IMG/VR virus record: IMGVR_UViG_3300020045_000317
Span: 1 to 41,176 of that record
Strand: one strand, 5' to 3'
DNA: 41,176 nt
DNA from: a virus
Taxonomy: Duplodnaviria; Caudoviricetes
Below the pieces are notes generated by a model. The model had not been told where the DNA came from, ran no database searches, and was given only the letters and a program-made list of their open reading frames with translations. The position numbers were made by a program, and so were the translations under genes. Numbering within the stretch: position 1 is the stretch's first letter; each line of letters starts with the position of its first letter. This document shows positions 7,412 to 18,428 of the stretch, piece by piece.

Positions 7412-10400
7412 TTATTCATTATCGACCGCACCAAACGTTAAGTTAAATAGCGCGCTATTGTACCAAGGCAGTATATCCTTCATCGCCTTTACGTCCCTAT
7501 CATGCTCCTCTTGAGTCTGTTCATTTGCAGCCATACTAAAGGCAGACCTTGATGCCTTATACATGTCACGGCCTAATTCAACCTGTGGTAGACCAGTGAG
7601 GCCCTGCATCTTGTCAACAAAATCATCCTCCACACCAACAGCCCTTAATGGTGGTTTGAGTAACTCAGTTGCACCGGTGGTCTTAAGAGCATTTGCATAC
7701 AGCATGGGCCCAGACAGTGGGCCGAACCTGTTTATCATCCCCCAGAACAGCCCTTCACTAGATAATGCCTTCTCAATGTATTCATCCCTCTCATTACCAT
7801 TGTACTTGTTCGCCCTAGTATAAACGTAAGCGTAGTATGATGCACCACCAAGGGCTAGGTTATACATAGCCTTGACCATGAACAGGGCCCTCTCTTGAGA
7901 GACGCCACGGTATAACAACTTCTCATATGAAGTGATACTGAACCCCATCAATGAGGTAGCAAACCTACCAACAGAGCTATTACGATACCTAGGCTGTTCA
8001 CCTAGAATAGGCCTTAGCATCTGGTGACTAAGTGAAGATTGTATAGCAGTTGATAACTCGTTATGAGCCTTTGGTGATAGTTGATTCACCAAATCAAAGT
8101 GGTCTGCACTTGGGCCCCCTCTCGCAGCAGACAAGAACTCATCAAGGGTCTCTTCACTCAATGCACCACTGTCTATCAGCGTGTGCTGCAAGTCCTTACT
8201 AATTACACCAGTTTTTGCAAAGGAGTCAAGTTCTGCAATCATCGTCCTTGCGGCTACTTCCTCCCCTCCATGCTGTATTGACCTGAACAGAGAGAGTGTA
8301 AGTGTGACATCAAGCATACCACCAAACAACTTGTGGATACTCTGTAACCTACTTGTTACCTCATCCGTGAACTCAGAGTTTCTAAAGAATTGCCTACCGA
8401 ACATATAATTTTGGTGACCTACAGCCCCATGTGCCTTAGCCAACTTATTCATGAACTCGTCTTGCTGTATGCTCTTCTTACTTAAGTTAAAGAACCTGCC
8501 CATCGGTAATTGACTAAGTGTCTTGCGTACTCCATTCATCGCAGCGACTGTACCGTATTCAGGTAGCGACATTAAGCCAGACATGCCTAACCTAACAATG
8601 CCCACAAGTTGGGAAGATAAGTTCATAAAAGAGCTAAGAGGAGTGGTATCTTCTATAGGTTCACGGTAAAGAAGGCTAAGTCCCTGCTCTAATGCCTTTG
8701 CATCCTCAGCCGTGTTAACACGCTTCAGCATATCAATTGCTGCATCCTTTGCCTTAACACCTTCTGGCCCAGAAAGGTCTTGTATTCTGGTAGTGAGGGT
8801 CTCCGCCTCAGCATCCCTAGCTGCATGAACGGCAGATATGAACTGAGACCTTGAGTGAAACCCATGTGCCGCCAGACCTGTGTTACCAGAGGCGTCTGCT
8901 GCATACCTCAAAGCTCTATCCATGCTAGTGTCTAGTAGGTCAACAAGCCAGACATCACCAGAGCGGGCCTTTATGTTTGGTCTTAATGAGAACATTGCAC
9001 GTGGTGAGATGTTTGCCATCTCAAGGCCACCGAAAAGTGAACCTTTCAGCTCTTCAATTGCATCATCATCAACACCTTTCTCCCTTAGTTCCTTAGCAAT
9101 GTTATTGAAATCACCACCTGTCATCTTCTGAGGGAAACTCTTGTTTCCTCCAGTCTTATCAAACACCCTTTGTATCTGTGTGTCAGCTAACTTGAGTGCA
9201 TTATCCCGTGACAATTTTATACCACCCGTCTGATAGGCCATTGCAAAGCAATCCCTAATGTATTGCTGCTCATTCCTTGAGGCCACTGATAATAAGTTGT
9301 CAGAGGTGAACACAATAGGGACGTATTCGTGTCTATGGGAGATTTTATCCCACCCAACAACATTACTGTCTTTGTTCAGTTTTAGGCCCATTTCGTATAT
9401 CTTAGACCTGGCTTTTGCCCCAAGAATAACAGCAGTATCACCAGCGACGGGAGTGTTACTTAATAAATTACCACTAGCTTGATATAGTGTAACCTCTCTA
9501 TCAAACTCATCACTAGCTTGCTGTACCTTCTTGGAACTCCACCTACTAACACCTTGCTCATTCAGATACCTATCAAGTGCCGTTTTGTACTCCATTGCAA
9601 ATGGCTTAAACCTACCGAACACTGTCTCTGCTATCTCTGCTGCGGATTGGTGCCCACGAACAGTAACGATAGGGTCTTTAAAAAGCATCTTAGCCAAGCC
9701 ACGCGTAGCGTCACTAGCTGCTGTATCAAGTGTAGAGGAGAGGGAACGTAAGGGTGCTGTCAGTGTAGCATTACGCAAGGCAGATGTTCTTGGAAATGAC
9801 TTGCCCAAAGCATCTGCCCTGTTTACGGACTCACGAACTTTCTCTGGGTACTCTGTGGTTAACAACTCATACTTACTGTGGATGTCTGGTGCAACAGTCT
9901 CAACCTTTGCAGCACCGATAGACTGCTTATCAGCAACTGCTTGAACCACTTGCACTGGTTCGGTGGGTGTCACAACATCAGGATGAATAATCTTAGGCTG
10001 CTTTATGTCAAAGATGCCCATCTCCTCCCGTAGCTTTGTGTACCTTGCTTGTAACTTTTCAGGTAGGACACCTTGCTGTAACGAACTATGAATTGACTTA
10101 ACATCTCTAGCCATCTGATTCTTATTTATCAATGCATCTAACTCTAACTGCTTGCGTGATATCGCAGCTTGAACCTGTGCAACCTCTTTAGCCACTGCAG
10201 ATGGACGTACATTTGGTCTAGCCTTTATTTTGTCAATAACCTCCAGCCTGTTTGCCTTATACAAATTAAACTCATCTTTGATTTTACGCAGCTTTGAGGT
10301 GGACAATACATCACTAGCCTCACCAGCCTCCGATTTAAGTCTGTCAAGTATATCTCGCTCAAGCAGCACACGAGACCTAGCCTGCTTATCGGGTATTACG

Positions 10401-11170
10401 TCTGAGAGAATATCATCTGCATTATTATAAGCCTTCCCAATAAGTGGCTCATTTACACCTGCTTCATGTATATCATCTATCTTTGTGGCAACATCAATAT
10501 CTGGCTTGCTCCACAATCGTTTACCTAAACCCACCCCTCCATGAACAACACCTGTAAGTACTACAGCAGATACAGCAGCCCTCATGATGTCATCATTTGA
10601 GCGCTGTGTGTCCCCTTGCTTTAAGATGGCCTCTTGTGCTGCTACAAGTGCTGCATTTTCTGTAAGCCTAGCTGCTAGCACACCTGCCTTCGATATACCA
10701 AACACAGCTTTTGGTACTCTTAAGAACATGAATGGGAGCATTACAGGGTCTGTCATCTGTGCAGCAATCTCAGCACCCGCCCCCAGCCAAGGGCCAGCAG
10801 CCCTTACTGTTTTTAACTTTTCTCTGTCTGCATCAACTTTACCAATCCTAGCACTAAAGTTGTCTTTAGATGTTGACTCCAGTAGGTATTCACGTTCTGT
10901 ATCTGTATATAGCTTTTGAGCACTTAGTGCATTTATATCCTTGACAGGGGCAACAAATGATGGGTCATAACCTCCTGCCCTTTCAGCTTCTAGCTTGTTG
11001 GTCAGGTTGTCATTTGTCCAGTTCCTTTGTTTAGAAGCTTCCCAAGCAGCAGACCAAGGAGTGGTTTCTGTCTCTGTGTCTGGCTCTATTGGTTGGTACT
11101 CATCGTTTAAGATAGAGTTTGGAGCTAAAACAGTAGGCTCTACAGTACCAAGCCTTGGTCTTTGTGGCAT
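7412..11170 (-). CDS. Internal virion (ejection) protein, gp16-like
   Basis: 1252 aa, helical; third internal-virion gene before the tail adaptor. Confidence 0.82.
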   Translation of the reverse strand: MPQRPRLGTVEPTVLAPNSILNDEYQPIEPDTETETTPWSAAWEASKQRNWTNDNLTNKLEAERAGGYDPSFVAPVKDINALSAQKLYTDTEREYLLESTSKDNFSARIGKVDADREKLKTVRAAGPWLGAGAEIAAQMTDPVMLPFMFLRVPKAVFGISKAGVLAARLTENAALVAAQEAILKQGDTQRSNDDIMRAAVSAVVLTGVVHGGVGLGKRLWSKPDIDVATKIDDIHEAGVNEPLIGKAYNNADDILSDVIPDKQARSRVLLERDILDRLKSEAGEASDVLSTSKLRKIKDEFNLYKANRLEVIDKIKARPNVRPSAVAKEVAQVQAAISRKQLELDALINKNQMARDVKSIHSSLQQGVLPEKLQARYTKLREEMGIFDIKQPKIIHPDVVTPTEPVQVVQAVADKQSIGAAKVETVAPDIHSKYELLTTEYPEKVRESVNRADALGKSFPRTSALRNATLTAPLRSLSSTLDTAASDATRGLAKMLFKDPIVTVRGHQSAAEIAETVFGRFKPFAMEYKTALDRYLNEQGVSRWSSKKVQQASDEFDREVTLYQASGNLLSNTPVAGDTAVILGAKARSKIYEMGLKLNKDSNVVGWDKISHRHEYVPIVFTSDNLLSVASRNEQQYIRDCFAMAYQTGGIKLSRDNALKLADTQIQRVFDKTGGNKSFPQKMTGGDFNNIAKELREKGVDDDAIEELKGSLFGGLEMANISPRAMFSLRPNIKARSGDVWLVDLLDTSMDRALRYAADASGNTGLAAHGFHSRSQFISAVHAARDAEAETLTTRIQDLSGPEGVKAKDAAIDMLKRVNTAEDAKALEQGLSLLYREPIEDTTPLSSFMNLSSQLVGIVRLGMSGLMSLPEYGTVAAMNGVRKTLSQLPMGRFFNLSKKSIQQDEFMNKLAKAHGAVGHQNYMFGRQFFRNSEFTDEVTSRLQSIHKLFGGMLDVTLTLSLFRSIQHGGEEVAARTMIAELDSFAKTGVISKDLQHTLIDSGALSEETLDEFLSAARGGPSADHFDLVNQLSPKAHNELSTAIQSSLSHQMLRPILGEQPRYRNSSVGRFATSLMGFSITSYEKLLYRGVSQERALFMVKAMYNLALGGASYYAYVYTRANKYNGNERDEYIEKALSSEGLFWGMINRFGPLSGPMLYANALKTTGATELLKPPLRAVGVEDDFVDKMQGLTGLPQVELGRDMYKASRSAFSMAANEQTQEEHDRDVKAMKDILPWYNSALFNLTFGAVDNE

Positions 11171-11172
11171 AA

Positions 11173-13308
11173 TTATCTCCTGTTATAGAATGGATACCCA
11201 GCACCTTGGGTATTTAGTGGCTCAGTAAAGCTGCCTTTATATTGTGGACGCCCTGCTTGGTCCTTCTGAGACTCAATAGCTTTGGCGGTGTCTTCTGCAT
11301 TTGCTAGACCCTCGGCTGCCGCGCCTACGTCTTCAAAATAATAGACACCACCTATCCTGTTTCTGTTCTTGTCGGTTATGATGAACCCCTCATGTAGTGG
11401 GTTGACCTCTATCCTCAAATCCTCAACAGGTATTTGGAGCCCATAATCTTTCTGGGTATTTGGTAAGTTGCCTTTCAAGAACATCTCAATACGCCTATCA
11501 ACTTGTGCTGTGTCGGTCCCCATAAGTTGTGCAATCTTTGGTTTAGGCAGTTCAATCAAAGAGCCATTGAATATTTGATGGGTGTTGGCAAGCAGGTTTC
11601 CAGCTTCCATCTTCGCGTTTGCCTCTGTATCTAGGCTTTTGTTATATAATGACAAAGTAGCTGCTTGAGCAACCTTAGCCTTTAGAACAACCTTTTGGTC
11701 ATCTGGTACTTCCTTTGTGAACCCAAATACATTCTCACCTGTGATACCTGCAATGAAGGGGATATCCAATAGTGTGTTTACAGCACTACCTGCCTTATCT
11801 TTCTGTTCAGTTATTAGTCGAGAGTCAACAGGAAAGGGTGACAGCTTGACGCTTTGGGCTTTTGCTAATGCAGCAGCAGGCTTATCAGTTTCCAAGAACT
11901 TTCTCAGGTTTGTCAGAAATGCTTTTTTCTCACCTGTTGCGTACATTGCTATTGTTGAATCATCCAGACGCCCAAGAGTCCCTACCTCTGCAAGCACCGT
12001 TTCTGGTATCTGTCCTGCACCACTGCTCACATAGTCAGTTGGTATCTCATACTGAAATGCATCAATCTTAGCCTGCAACTCTGGTATCTTCATCTTCCAC
12101 TTCTTAGATTTATCAATCATCTCAAGCGTCATCTGCTTGTTAGCATCAGCTTGTGACAACTGCCCAGAAGCGACCATAGAAGAGTACTTTACCTGCAAGT
12201 CTTGTACTGTCTGCTTGATTGTGTACTCTTTGTGTTTGTCGGGGATTAACGCATTTTCACCCATAGCAACTTGACTTTCATCATTCAACTGCATGTGGGC
12301 CTCTGCATATACCCTAGCACGTTCAGCATTAACAGCTTTAGCCTGTTGCCTCTGAACATCCATAGATGCTATCTGGTCATCTGAGAATGCAGATGCAGGG
12401 TACTTACTGTTAAATGCCCTAACCTTTGCATCAACAGAGCCCCAAGACTCACCATTCTGGATACCAAGCATGATTGCTGCTTTTTCATGGCCTATGGCGA
12501 CTGCATTCTCTCTAGAAGTAAAGGTATTATATTGTTGCTCTGCTCTCTCAAGTTCAGAGCTACCCTTTGACCATTTTGTGTTTTGAAGTTTAAGGAGTAA
12601 CCTGTTATCACCACTAGCAGCCCTTGTTGAGGTCTCATTCAGCAATATCTGCTTGTAAGTAAATTCATCAAGACCAAGGGCCCTAGCCCTAGCTGGAATC
12701 TCTGTATCCACTACATGGTCAACATCAGCCTTTGGGTCAGCCATCAGGTCGCCAACACTGATACCCACAGCTTCCACAGCTTTCTTCTGCCTGTGTTCCT
12801 GCTGAATACCTTCTTGTGCTGCTGTAAGTGCAAACTGAGACTCCTGAACCTGCAATGATACTTGCTTCAGTGTTAATGGGTCTGTGCCATACTTAGCCAA
12901 CAGGGGGTCATACAGCCCCTTCTTTTTCTCAGAGACTGTCTTTTCATCTGCATCAGCATTTGCCCTGTACCACTCAACAAAGTCATTGCCAGCCTGCATT
13001 GTATCATGCTTGCCTATGATGGCGTTGTAAGCCATTTGACCCGCAAGTGTTCTATCGCGTGTTGTGCCTTGCCTGTCTTTCTCAGCAAGTAACATGTCCT
13101 TTGCAGCTATCGCAGACTGAGTAATCCTGTCAGACTCCATCTTCTGCTGCAACGAAGTGTCAACAGCCCCTTCTACAGATTTTGAGAAAGCAGATAGCCC
13201 TTTCATTATCTGTGTCCTTGTGTCATCTATGACAGGTGCTTGTCTAGTAGGTGCTACTACTTGCTGTTGGAAGCCACGTTGATTTCTTTGAATCTTATCT
13301 ATCGCCAT
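11173..13308 (-). CDS. Internal virion protein, gp15-like
   Basis: 711 aa, helical, Gln/Ala-rich; synteny. Confidence 0.78.
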   Translation of the reverse strand: MAIDKIQRNQRGFQQQVVAPTRQAPVIDDTRTQIMKGLSAFSKSVEGAVDTSLQQKMESDRITQSAIAAKDMLLAEKDRQGTTRDRTLAGQMAYNAIIGKHDTMQAGNDFVEWYRANADADEKTVSEKKKGLYDPLLAKYGTDPLTLKQVSLQVQESQFALTAAQEGIQQEHRQKKAVEAVGISVGDLMADPKADVDHVVDTEIPARARALGLDEFTYKQILLNETSTRAASGDNRLLLKLQNTKWSKGSSELERAEQQYNTFTSRENAVAIGHEKAAIMLGIQNGESWGSVDAKVRAFNSKYPASAFSDDQIASMDVQRQQAKAVNAERARVYAEAHMQLNDESQVAMGENALIPDKHKEYTIKQTVQDLQVKYSSMVASGQLSQADANKQMTLEMIDKSKKWKMKIPELQAKIDAFQYEIPTDYVSSGAGQIPETVLAEVGTLGRLDDSTIAMYATGEKKAFLTNLRKFLETDKPAAALAKAQSVKLSPFPVDSRLITEQKDKAGSAVNTLLDIPFIAGITGENVFGFTKEVPDDQKVVLKAKVAQAATLSLYNKSLDTEANAKMEAGNLLANTHQIFNGSLIELPKPKIAQLMGTDTAQVDRRIEMFLKGNLPNTQKDYGLQIPVEDLRIEVNPLHEGFIITDKNRNRIGGVYYFEDVGAAAEGLANAEDTAKAIESQKDQAGRPQYKGSFTEPLNTQGAGYPFYNRR

Positions 13309-13919
13309 TATCCGCCTGCCTTAACGTTGTTTGTCTTTCCACCGCCAGTGGCTGCCATCTTGTCTGTAGCTCTTGCAGTAGTGAAACTTGAATATCCACT
13401 AGCCAGAGATGAGCCAATCTGTAATGCAGCAGCAGCATAAGATGGCCTGACAACTTCTGTTGATTGTAAACCTGACTTAGTTTGCTGCCTTAATGATGCA
13501 GCTTGGTCAGCCACGTTGTCATACTCAGCCTGCCTATTAAGCATGATGGTATTGTAATTGCTAAACTTTTGCTGCTCAAGGTCTTGTAATTGACCAGTAA
13601 CCGATTGACCTGTAGTACCTGTGAAAGCAGCCATGACATTAACACGGCCCTTTTCCTGCAAGTATTGCTGCTGTGTACTTAGTGAGTCATCAAGTGACTT
13701 CTGATATGCATCTCTCTCTACCTCACTTAATTGGGCATAGTTTTCACCCATAGAGGCAATAGCTGCCTCATTCTGGTTCTTAGCAACCTCAGCTTGTGCC
13801 TCAGCATTCTTTTGTGCTTGCATTGTGCTCTGCACTGTAGAAGCCACAGCAATTGTGGTTGATGCAACGGCTGCTGCCGTCGCTGCATTGGCGACTACCC
13901 ATGCCGCTGCAACTGCCAT
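13308..13919 (-). CDS. Internal virion protein, gp14-like
   Basis: Ala-rich hydrophobic N-terminus, Gln-rich coiled coil, G.TGQSV motif; synteny. Confidence 0.8.
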   Translation of the reverse strand: MAVAAAWVVANAATAAAVASTTIAVASTVQSTMQAQKNAEAQAEVAKNQNEAAIASMGENYAQLSEVERDAYQKSLDDSLSTQQQYLQEKGRVNVMAAFTGTTGQSVTGQLQDLEQQKFSNYNTIMLNRQAEYDNVADQAASLRQQTKSGLQSTEVVRPSYAAAALQIGSSLASGYSSFTTARATDKMAATGGGKTNNVKAGG

Positions 13920-13928
13920 ATACCCTCC

Positions 13929-16526
13929 TTATAGCCTTCGGCCACGTTGATTAAACATACCTTGCCACTCTAAATCACGTATGATAAATGGCTTGAAGTC
14001 AGAAGACGTGATTGTCATTAATGCTTGCTCAGATGGCAGCCGTACAGGGAATTCATGATATCCAGCAATTAGTTCTGGGGTACCAAGTACATTATTCCAC
14101 CGACCAATAACCCTACCAGAAAAGTTGTATGTCCATGACTTATCATAGGCCATAGTATCTTTGACTGTTACATCCACTTCGCCTGTGCTCTCATAATTGA
14201 TGCGCACCTTTCCAAGCACTAATCTATCAAGCCCAAGAACTCTGCCTTGTGCATCTTTTATGCTAGGCTTTGTTGGTATGTACCTCGCTTCAAACTTACG
14301 ACCAAACAATAATGTCACTGTGCTCAAGTCAGACATATCCTCTTCAATTGAATAAGACAGACCTGCTACTTGTGTAGCCTCTACAGCAGAACCTAGGAAC
14401 TCTGAATGGCACCCAGTAGACATTACCACATAGTGATTGTTGATATCATCTATGGAATAAGGTGCAGTAAATGACCATACACCTTCTAACTTTGTTGCAG
14501 TAACAGTAGTTAATCTGTCCAGCCTACAAGGGAAATTAAGTCCAACATCATCAGCATCATTACCAACTGGCACCTGTTCGATGTAGATACCATCAGATTG
14601 TCGCATCACAAAGTACAACTTATCTGAGATAAACTTAGCAAACAGTATATCAGAGTTGAATATCCATTTATGAAACGCTGATTGTACCTTCTGGTCATTC
14701 TGCCATACCCAATCATAAACATACAGTTCGCGTTTACTGTTATCAGTTAGAACAATCAGTGTGTTGATGTTTGGACTAGATGCAATAATCTTAGGTGTAC
14801 CAAGGATGTACTCCCTAACATGGTCTGTTAATGGGTATGCCCTCTTGGTGTCGGTGTAACTATCAGTGAACATCTCCCTGAGTCCAGCAAACTTACCAGA
14901 TGCAAAAGAGAACACAACAGACTCCCCAGTTGCTGCTGGTGCTGCATCAGTGTTCATTGGATAAGATGTCACCTTTCGGAAAACTACTTCATCCCGTGCC
15001 AAAGCTTTATCACCTTTAATCATGAACTGTCCATGCTCAGAGAAGAACACAGCGTCACCATCTAGTGTAATAGAATGCTTCAGGTTGTTTACATCATCTG
15101 TATCAGCAGACACATCTATCGGGTCAGATGATGTTGTTGTCTGGGTGGTCTCTTTGAAGAAGTTGAAGAAGTTTGCCGTACGACTTGCAATGCATGACTC
15201 CCCAGAAGTTACATACAACCTATCCTGAAGCATACCAATTGCACTTAACTTGTAACCGAGGAAAGATGGCATGGGGTTTGTTGTGTCATTACCAGCAGCC
15301 CTATCTTCCCACTCACCTTGCCGGAATGTAAACGTTCCATTACTTTCACTAATAAGCACGTGTGGCATTGTTGCTCTATTGAAACCAAGAACACTTCCCT
15401 GAGCTGAGCACTCTTGCCAGTCAACAGATGAACCAGATTGGTCTTCATTATCAACTACAGCCTGCAACCAGAAAGCATTGGCATCATAACCCTCTGCATT
15501 CTGTACTTTGATTATATACCCTTCAGGGGCATATGGCGGAAGACTTGCTACTTCTGCCACCTTATCTTGTATGGCTATCAAGTCCTCATTATTGGCACTG
15601 TCAATGGTGGTAATAGAGAAAGTACCACTCGTCTTCTTAGTGACAAACATGCAGTTTCCATGAACCTCTACATTATATCCAGAGTCACCCGATGCTAAGA
15701 ACACTGCATGTATGGTATCACCAGCAGTAGCGGAACCAGCTGGCAGTATATACCGTGTGTACCCTGTGTGTTGCGTCTGTTCTTCGTACTCTACAAATTC
15801 ACCAGTGCTTGAATTATACAACCACTTCAAGGATATTACGGGGACATTGGTGTCTATATACAACCCTTCAAATGCTACCTGTACCGTTAATGTGTTTTCA
15901 GTAAGCGCCTGACCACCTATCTGCCCCGCAAGCTGCTCTATTATATAGTTAGTCTTAACATAATTCACGTGAGAAGCTGTTGAACCATCAGGTGTTGTGT
16001 AAGTTGCCTTCAAAACACCATCAATGTAGACCTGATAATCTCTACCATATGTTGCATATTGACAGTAGATAATAGCTGTGTCTGGGTTAGTTGATTGCAC
16101 ATCTGCCCTTGTCGCAGTGGCAATTGTAGTGTTTACCAGAAATGTGTAATCAGCTATTGTCTTCATCCTCAGATTAAGTGCAGGGTCAGTGTTCTTGACA
16201 TAGGTATCTGTGACAGTACCAACATTTACTGTCTTTTCATTGCCAAGTAAATCAAAAACCCTTGGATATGCACTTGGTGCAATGCAGACAAGATAAACCT
16301 CACCCTCCCCTCTATCATAGATATGCCAGATGGCCTTGTCACTGACGGATGACATAATCTTAGCTATGTGTTTTGTACCTATGCGCTTAACTAACCCATT
16401 GATAGCAGACGGTATGAAATTCTCTTGCAAAGTACATTGCCCATTAATCCTGTCTTTATCTGCTTGCTGTGATACACCTTGTATGGGTCTTTCCCAACTG
16501 CCAGAGCATTTACTGTTTGGTGCCAT
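13929..16526 (-). CDS. Tail tubular protein B (nozzle, gp12-like)
   Basis: IQGVSQQ N-terminus, W..R.AG...TNP.PSF, Q.RL, QSAFHKW motifs. Confidence 0.93.
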   Translation of the reverse strand: MAPNSKCSGSWERPIQGVSQQADKDRINGQCTLQENFIPSAINGLVKRIGTKHIAKIMSSVSDKAIWHIYDRGEGEVYLVCIAPSAYPRVFDLLGNEKTVNVGTVTDTYVKNTDPALNLRMKTIADYTFLVNTTIATATRADVQSTNPDTAIIYCQYATYGRDYQVYIDGVLKATYTTPDGSTASHVNYVKTNYIIEQLAGQIGGQALTENTLTVQVAFEGLYIDTNVPVISLKWLYNSSTGEFVEYEEQTQHTGYTRYILPAGSATAGDTIHAVFLASGDSGYNVEVHGNCMFVTKKTSGTFSITTIDSANNEDLIAIQDKVAEVASLPPYAPEGYIIKVQNAEGYDANAFWLQAVVDNEDQSGSSVDWQECSAQGSVLGFNRATMPHVLISESNGTFTFRQGEWEDRAAGNDTTNPMPSFLGYKLSAIGMLQDRLYVTSGESCIASRTANFFNFFKETTQTTTSSDPIDVSADTDDVNNLKHSITLDGDAVFFSEHGQFMIKGDKALARDEVVFRKVTSYPMNTDAAPAATGESVVFSFASGKFAGLREMFTDSYTDTKRAYPLTDHVREYILGTPKIIASSPNINTLIVLTDNSKRELYVYDWVWQNDQKVQSAFHKWIFNSDILFAKFISDKLYFVMRQSDGIYIEQVPVGNDADDVGLNFPCRLDRLTTVTATKLEGVWSFTAPYSIDDINNHYVVMSTGCHSEFLGSAVEATQVAGLSYSIEEDMSDLSTVTLLFGRKFEARYIPTKPSIKDAQGRVLGLDRLVLGKVRINYESTGEVDVTVKDTMAYDKSWTYNFSGRVIGRWNNVLGTPELIAGYHEFPVRLPSEQALMTITSSDFKPFIIRDLEWQGMFNQRGRRL

Positions 16527-16528
16527 GA

Positions 16529-17179
16529 TTACCTCACGTTATTATACCCACCAGACTTGGCTAGTGTGCTTTGAAGGTATGGACTGTCAAACATATTGCG
16601 CCTTACCTGACTTGTATCCTCTGCCTGTAAAGCGAGTAGTGAACGTTGCGATGCTTGCTGATAGGCTTGCATCTTTGTCTGGTCACCTTCAAGGTCATTG
16701 ATGATATAGAAGCACACCATATCTGTTACAGCCTGCTTTGCAGTTGGTGGAAGTGTGTCAAAATCAAGATTAACAACCAACACACAATGGAGGTACCCAT
16801 CACTGAATACAGCAGAGCGCATGTCATAGCCCATCTCTTTTACATCAAACAGTTTGGTGCCCCGCATTGTAACCGGAACAACTTTACCGTTATTACGCTT
16901 CACCAAAACAGACAGTGTACTGTTTGGTACTGACACGTAACCGTTAACAGGGTCTGGTGTCAGCTTATGAAACTCTTCCCTGTTAAACCACCAACCTTTC
17001 CCAGAATTAGATTGCATGAACTGGGAGTGCTGGTTGATTAGGTTTTCTACTGCGGCTGCATCAACATTAAAATCAACCTCATCTAATGAGGATATACCAG
17101 ATGAGCCTAGCGCACGTAACCCTATATTAATGGCATCAAGCTTGTTACTGATACCCATTTGAAAATTAACTACTGACAT
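16529..17179 (-). CDS. Tail tubular protein A (gatekeeper, gp11-like)
   Basis: KLDAIN..L.ALG, KGWWFNRE, LDFDTLP motifs; start revised to MSVVNF (17179; GAGGT RBS). Confidence 0.92.
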   Translation of the reverse strand: MSVVNFQMGISNKLDAINIGLRALGSSGISSLDEVDFNVDAAAVENLINQHSQFMQSNSGKGWWFNREEFHKLTPDPVNGYVSVPNSTLSVLVKRNNGKVVPVTMRGTKLFDVKEMGYDMRSAVFSDGYLHCVLVVNLDFDTLPPTAKQAVTDMVCFYIINDLEGDQTKMQAYQQASQRSLLALQAEDTSQVRRNMFDSPYLQSTLAKSGGYNNVR

Positions 17180-17192
17180 ATTTACCTCACAC

Positions 17193-17220
17193 AAAATACC
17201 CCTTCCAAGGAAGGAAGGGG
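17193..17220 (-). terminator. T-phi-like terminator after capsid gene
   Basis: Minus strand CCCCTTCC-TTCCTT-GGAAGGGG-TATTTT. Confidence 0.85.
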
Positions 17221-17230
17221 CAGTTTATTA

Positions 17231-18391
17231 CTATGGAGCAGAAGCAGCAATTGCAGCAGTTACAGCAGCAGCAATTGCATCAGCAGTCAGCATCTGAGTA
17301 GGTGCTGTGCGTGTTACGATAGCTTTACGGTCGGCACGTTCTGCCAAACCAGTTTCATCTGAAGTACCCATTACAACGGCACCCAAATGTTCCCAACGGT
17401 CAGGGATTGCACCTTCAGCCATGTATGTATCGATGTACCAAGACTTATTAGCTTGGTTCCACCACACCTCACCAGTGATGTCAATGCTTCGACCAACCAG
17501 CAAACCTTCACGACCTACAATCAGTGCAGCAACTTTCTCTTGGTTCTCATAGTCTGTTGCAGTTGCAACATCATAACGGTAGCCGTTAGTTGACTTAGAT
17601 AACAGGTGATGATCAGATACATTACCGTCAACATCTTTATGGTCACGTGACTTTTTAGGGAAGTCATTGGTAGGGACAATTGGGATGTTATAAGATTTCA
17701 GAACGAAACCTGTAACAGTTGTATCTTGTGAGATATTGTACTTAGCATCACAGATACGTTCTGCATCACGCAGTGCATTGAAATACTTCCAAGGCATGAA
17801 GATGGTCATACCAGCCAATGGGATGTCCTGAATGAACATATCTTCCAGAACCCACTCGATAGATGCCAGCAGTTTGTTAGGGTCATATTCTGCACCTACA
17901 TAAGCCATGCTATGAATGGTAGAGAAACCATGACCAGATACACGTGGCTTGGTACGCTTGGTTGCTGTGTTGATGATTGCACCATAAATACCCTGCTGTA
18001 ATAGCATACGGTTTTCCAGCTGTTTCAATGACTCTACCTGCTGTGTAGCAAGCTTACCTTTAGTCATGATATCATCTTGCACATCAGCCAGAACACCTAC
18101 GATATTACGGGAGATTACAGTGGTGTCAATTACCAGAGAGTTTTTATCGAACTCCACTTCAGTACCTTTTACATCAACACCTGGGGCTAATGCCTGTACT
18201 TGAGTGATACCCAAGTATTTGTTAGAGACAACGTTTGTGCCAGTAACAGATTGCAGGTCAAAATATCCCATCAAGTTCATAATGTTCTTGTACGCCATAC
18301 GCACTTGACCGTTGAATTTCTCAATAGCCAAACTTGTTGCCTCACCGGAGGCGGAAACTTTACTATCTACTAAAGCTGTTGCATCTGACAT
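17231..18391 (-). CDS. Major capsid protein
   Basis: SL.IEKFNG.V, SVTGTN.VSN, IDT....RN, WYIDTYMAEGAIPDRWE motifs (SP6/phiKMV-type MCP); preceded by consensus promoter, followed by terminator. Confidence 0.96.
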   Translation of the reverse strand: MSDATALVDSKVSASGEATSLAIEKFNGQVRMAYKNIMNLMGYFDLQSVTGTNVVSNKYLGITQVQALAPGVDVKGTEVEFDKNSLVIDTTVISRNIVGVLADVQDDIMTKGKLATQQVESLKQLENRMLLQQGIYGAIINTATKRTKPRVSGHGFSTIHSMAYVGAEYDPNKLLASIEWVLEDMFIQDIPLAGMTIFMPWKYFNALRDAERICDAKYNISQDTTVTGFVLKSYNIPIVPTNDFPKKSRDHKDVDGNVSDHHLLSKSTNGYRYDVATATDYENQEKVAALIVGREGLLVGRSIDITGEVWWNQANKSWYIDTYMAEGAIPDRWEHLGAVVMGTSDETGLAERADRKAIVTRTAPTQMLTADAIAAAVTAAIAASAP

Positions 18392-18428
18392 TAATTTGTC
18401 CTTATGTTATTAATTGCACAATAGTTAT

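Noticed and set aside
8932-13261. Partial promoter matches at 8932-8949 and 13244-13261 (CCTACTAGA), also 2537-2554
   Set aside because: Intragenic, upstream half poorly matched and not positioned before gene starts; cannot be supported without TSS data.
17231-17300. Repetitive GCAGCAATTGCA stretch or capsid frameshift extension
   Set aside because: Explained by the Ala-rich capsid tail (AIAAAVTAAIAA); tandem stops and a terminator follow, leaving no room for an extended product.
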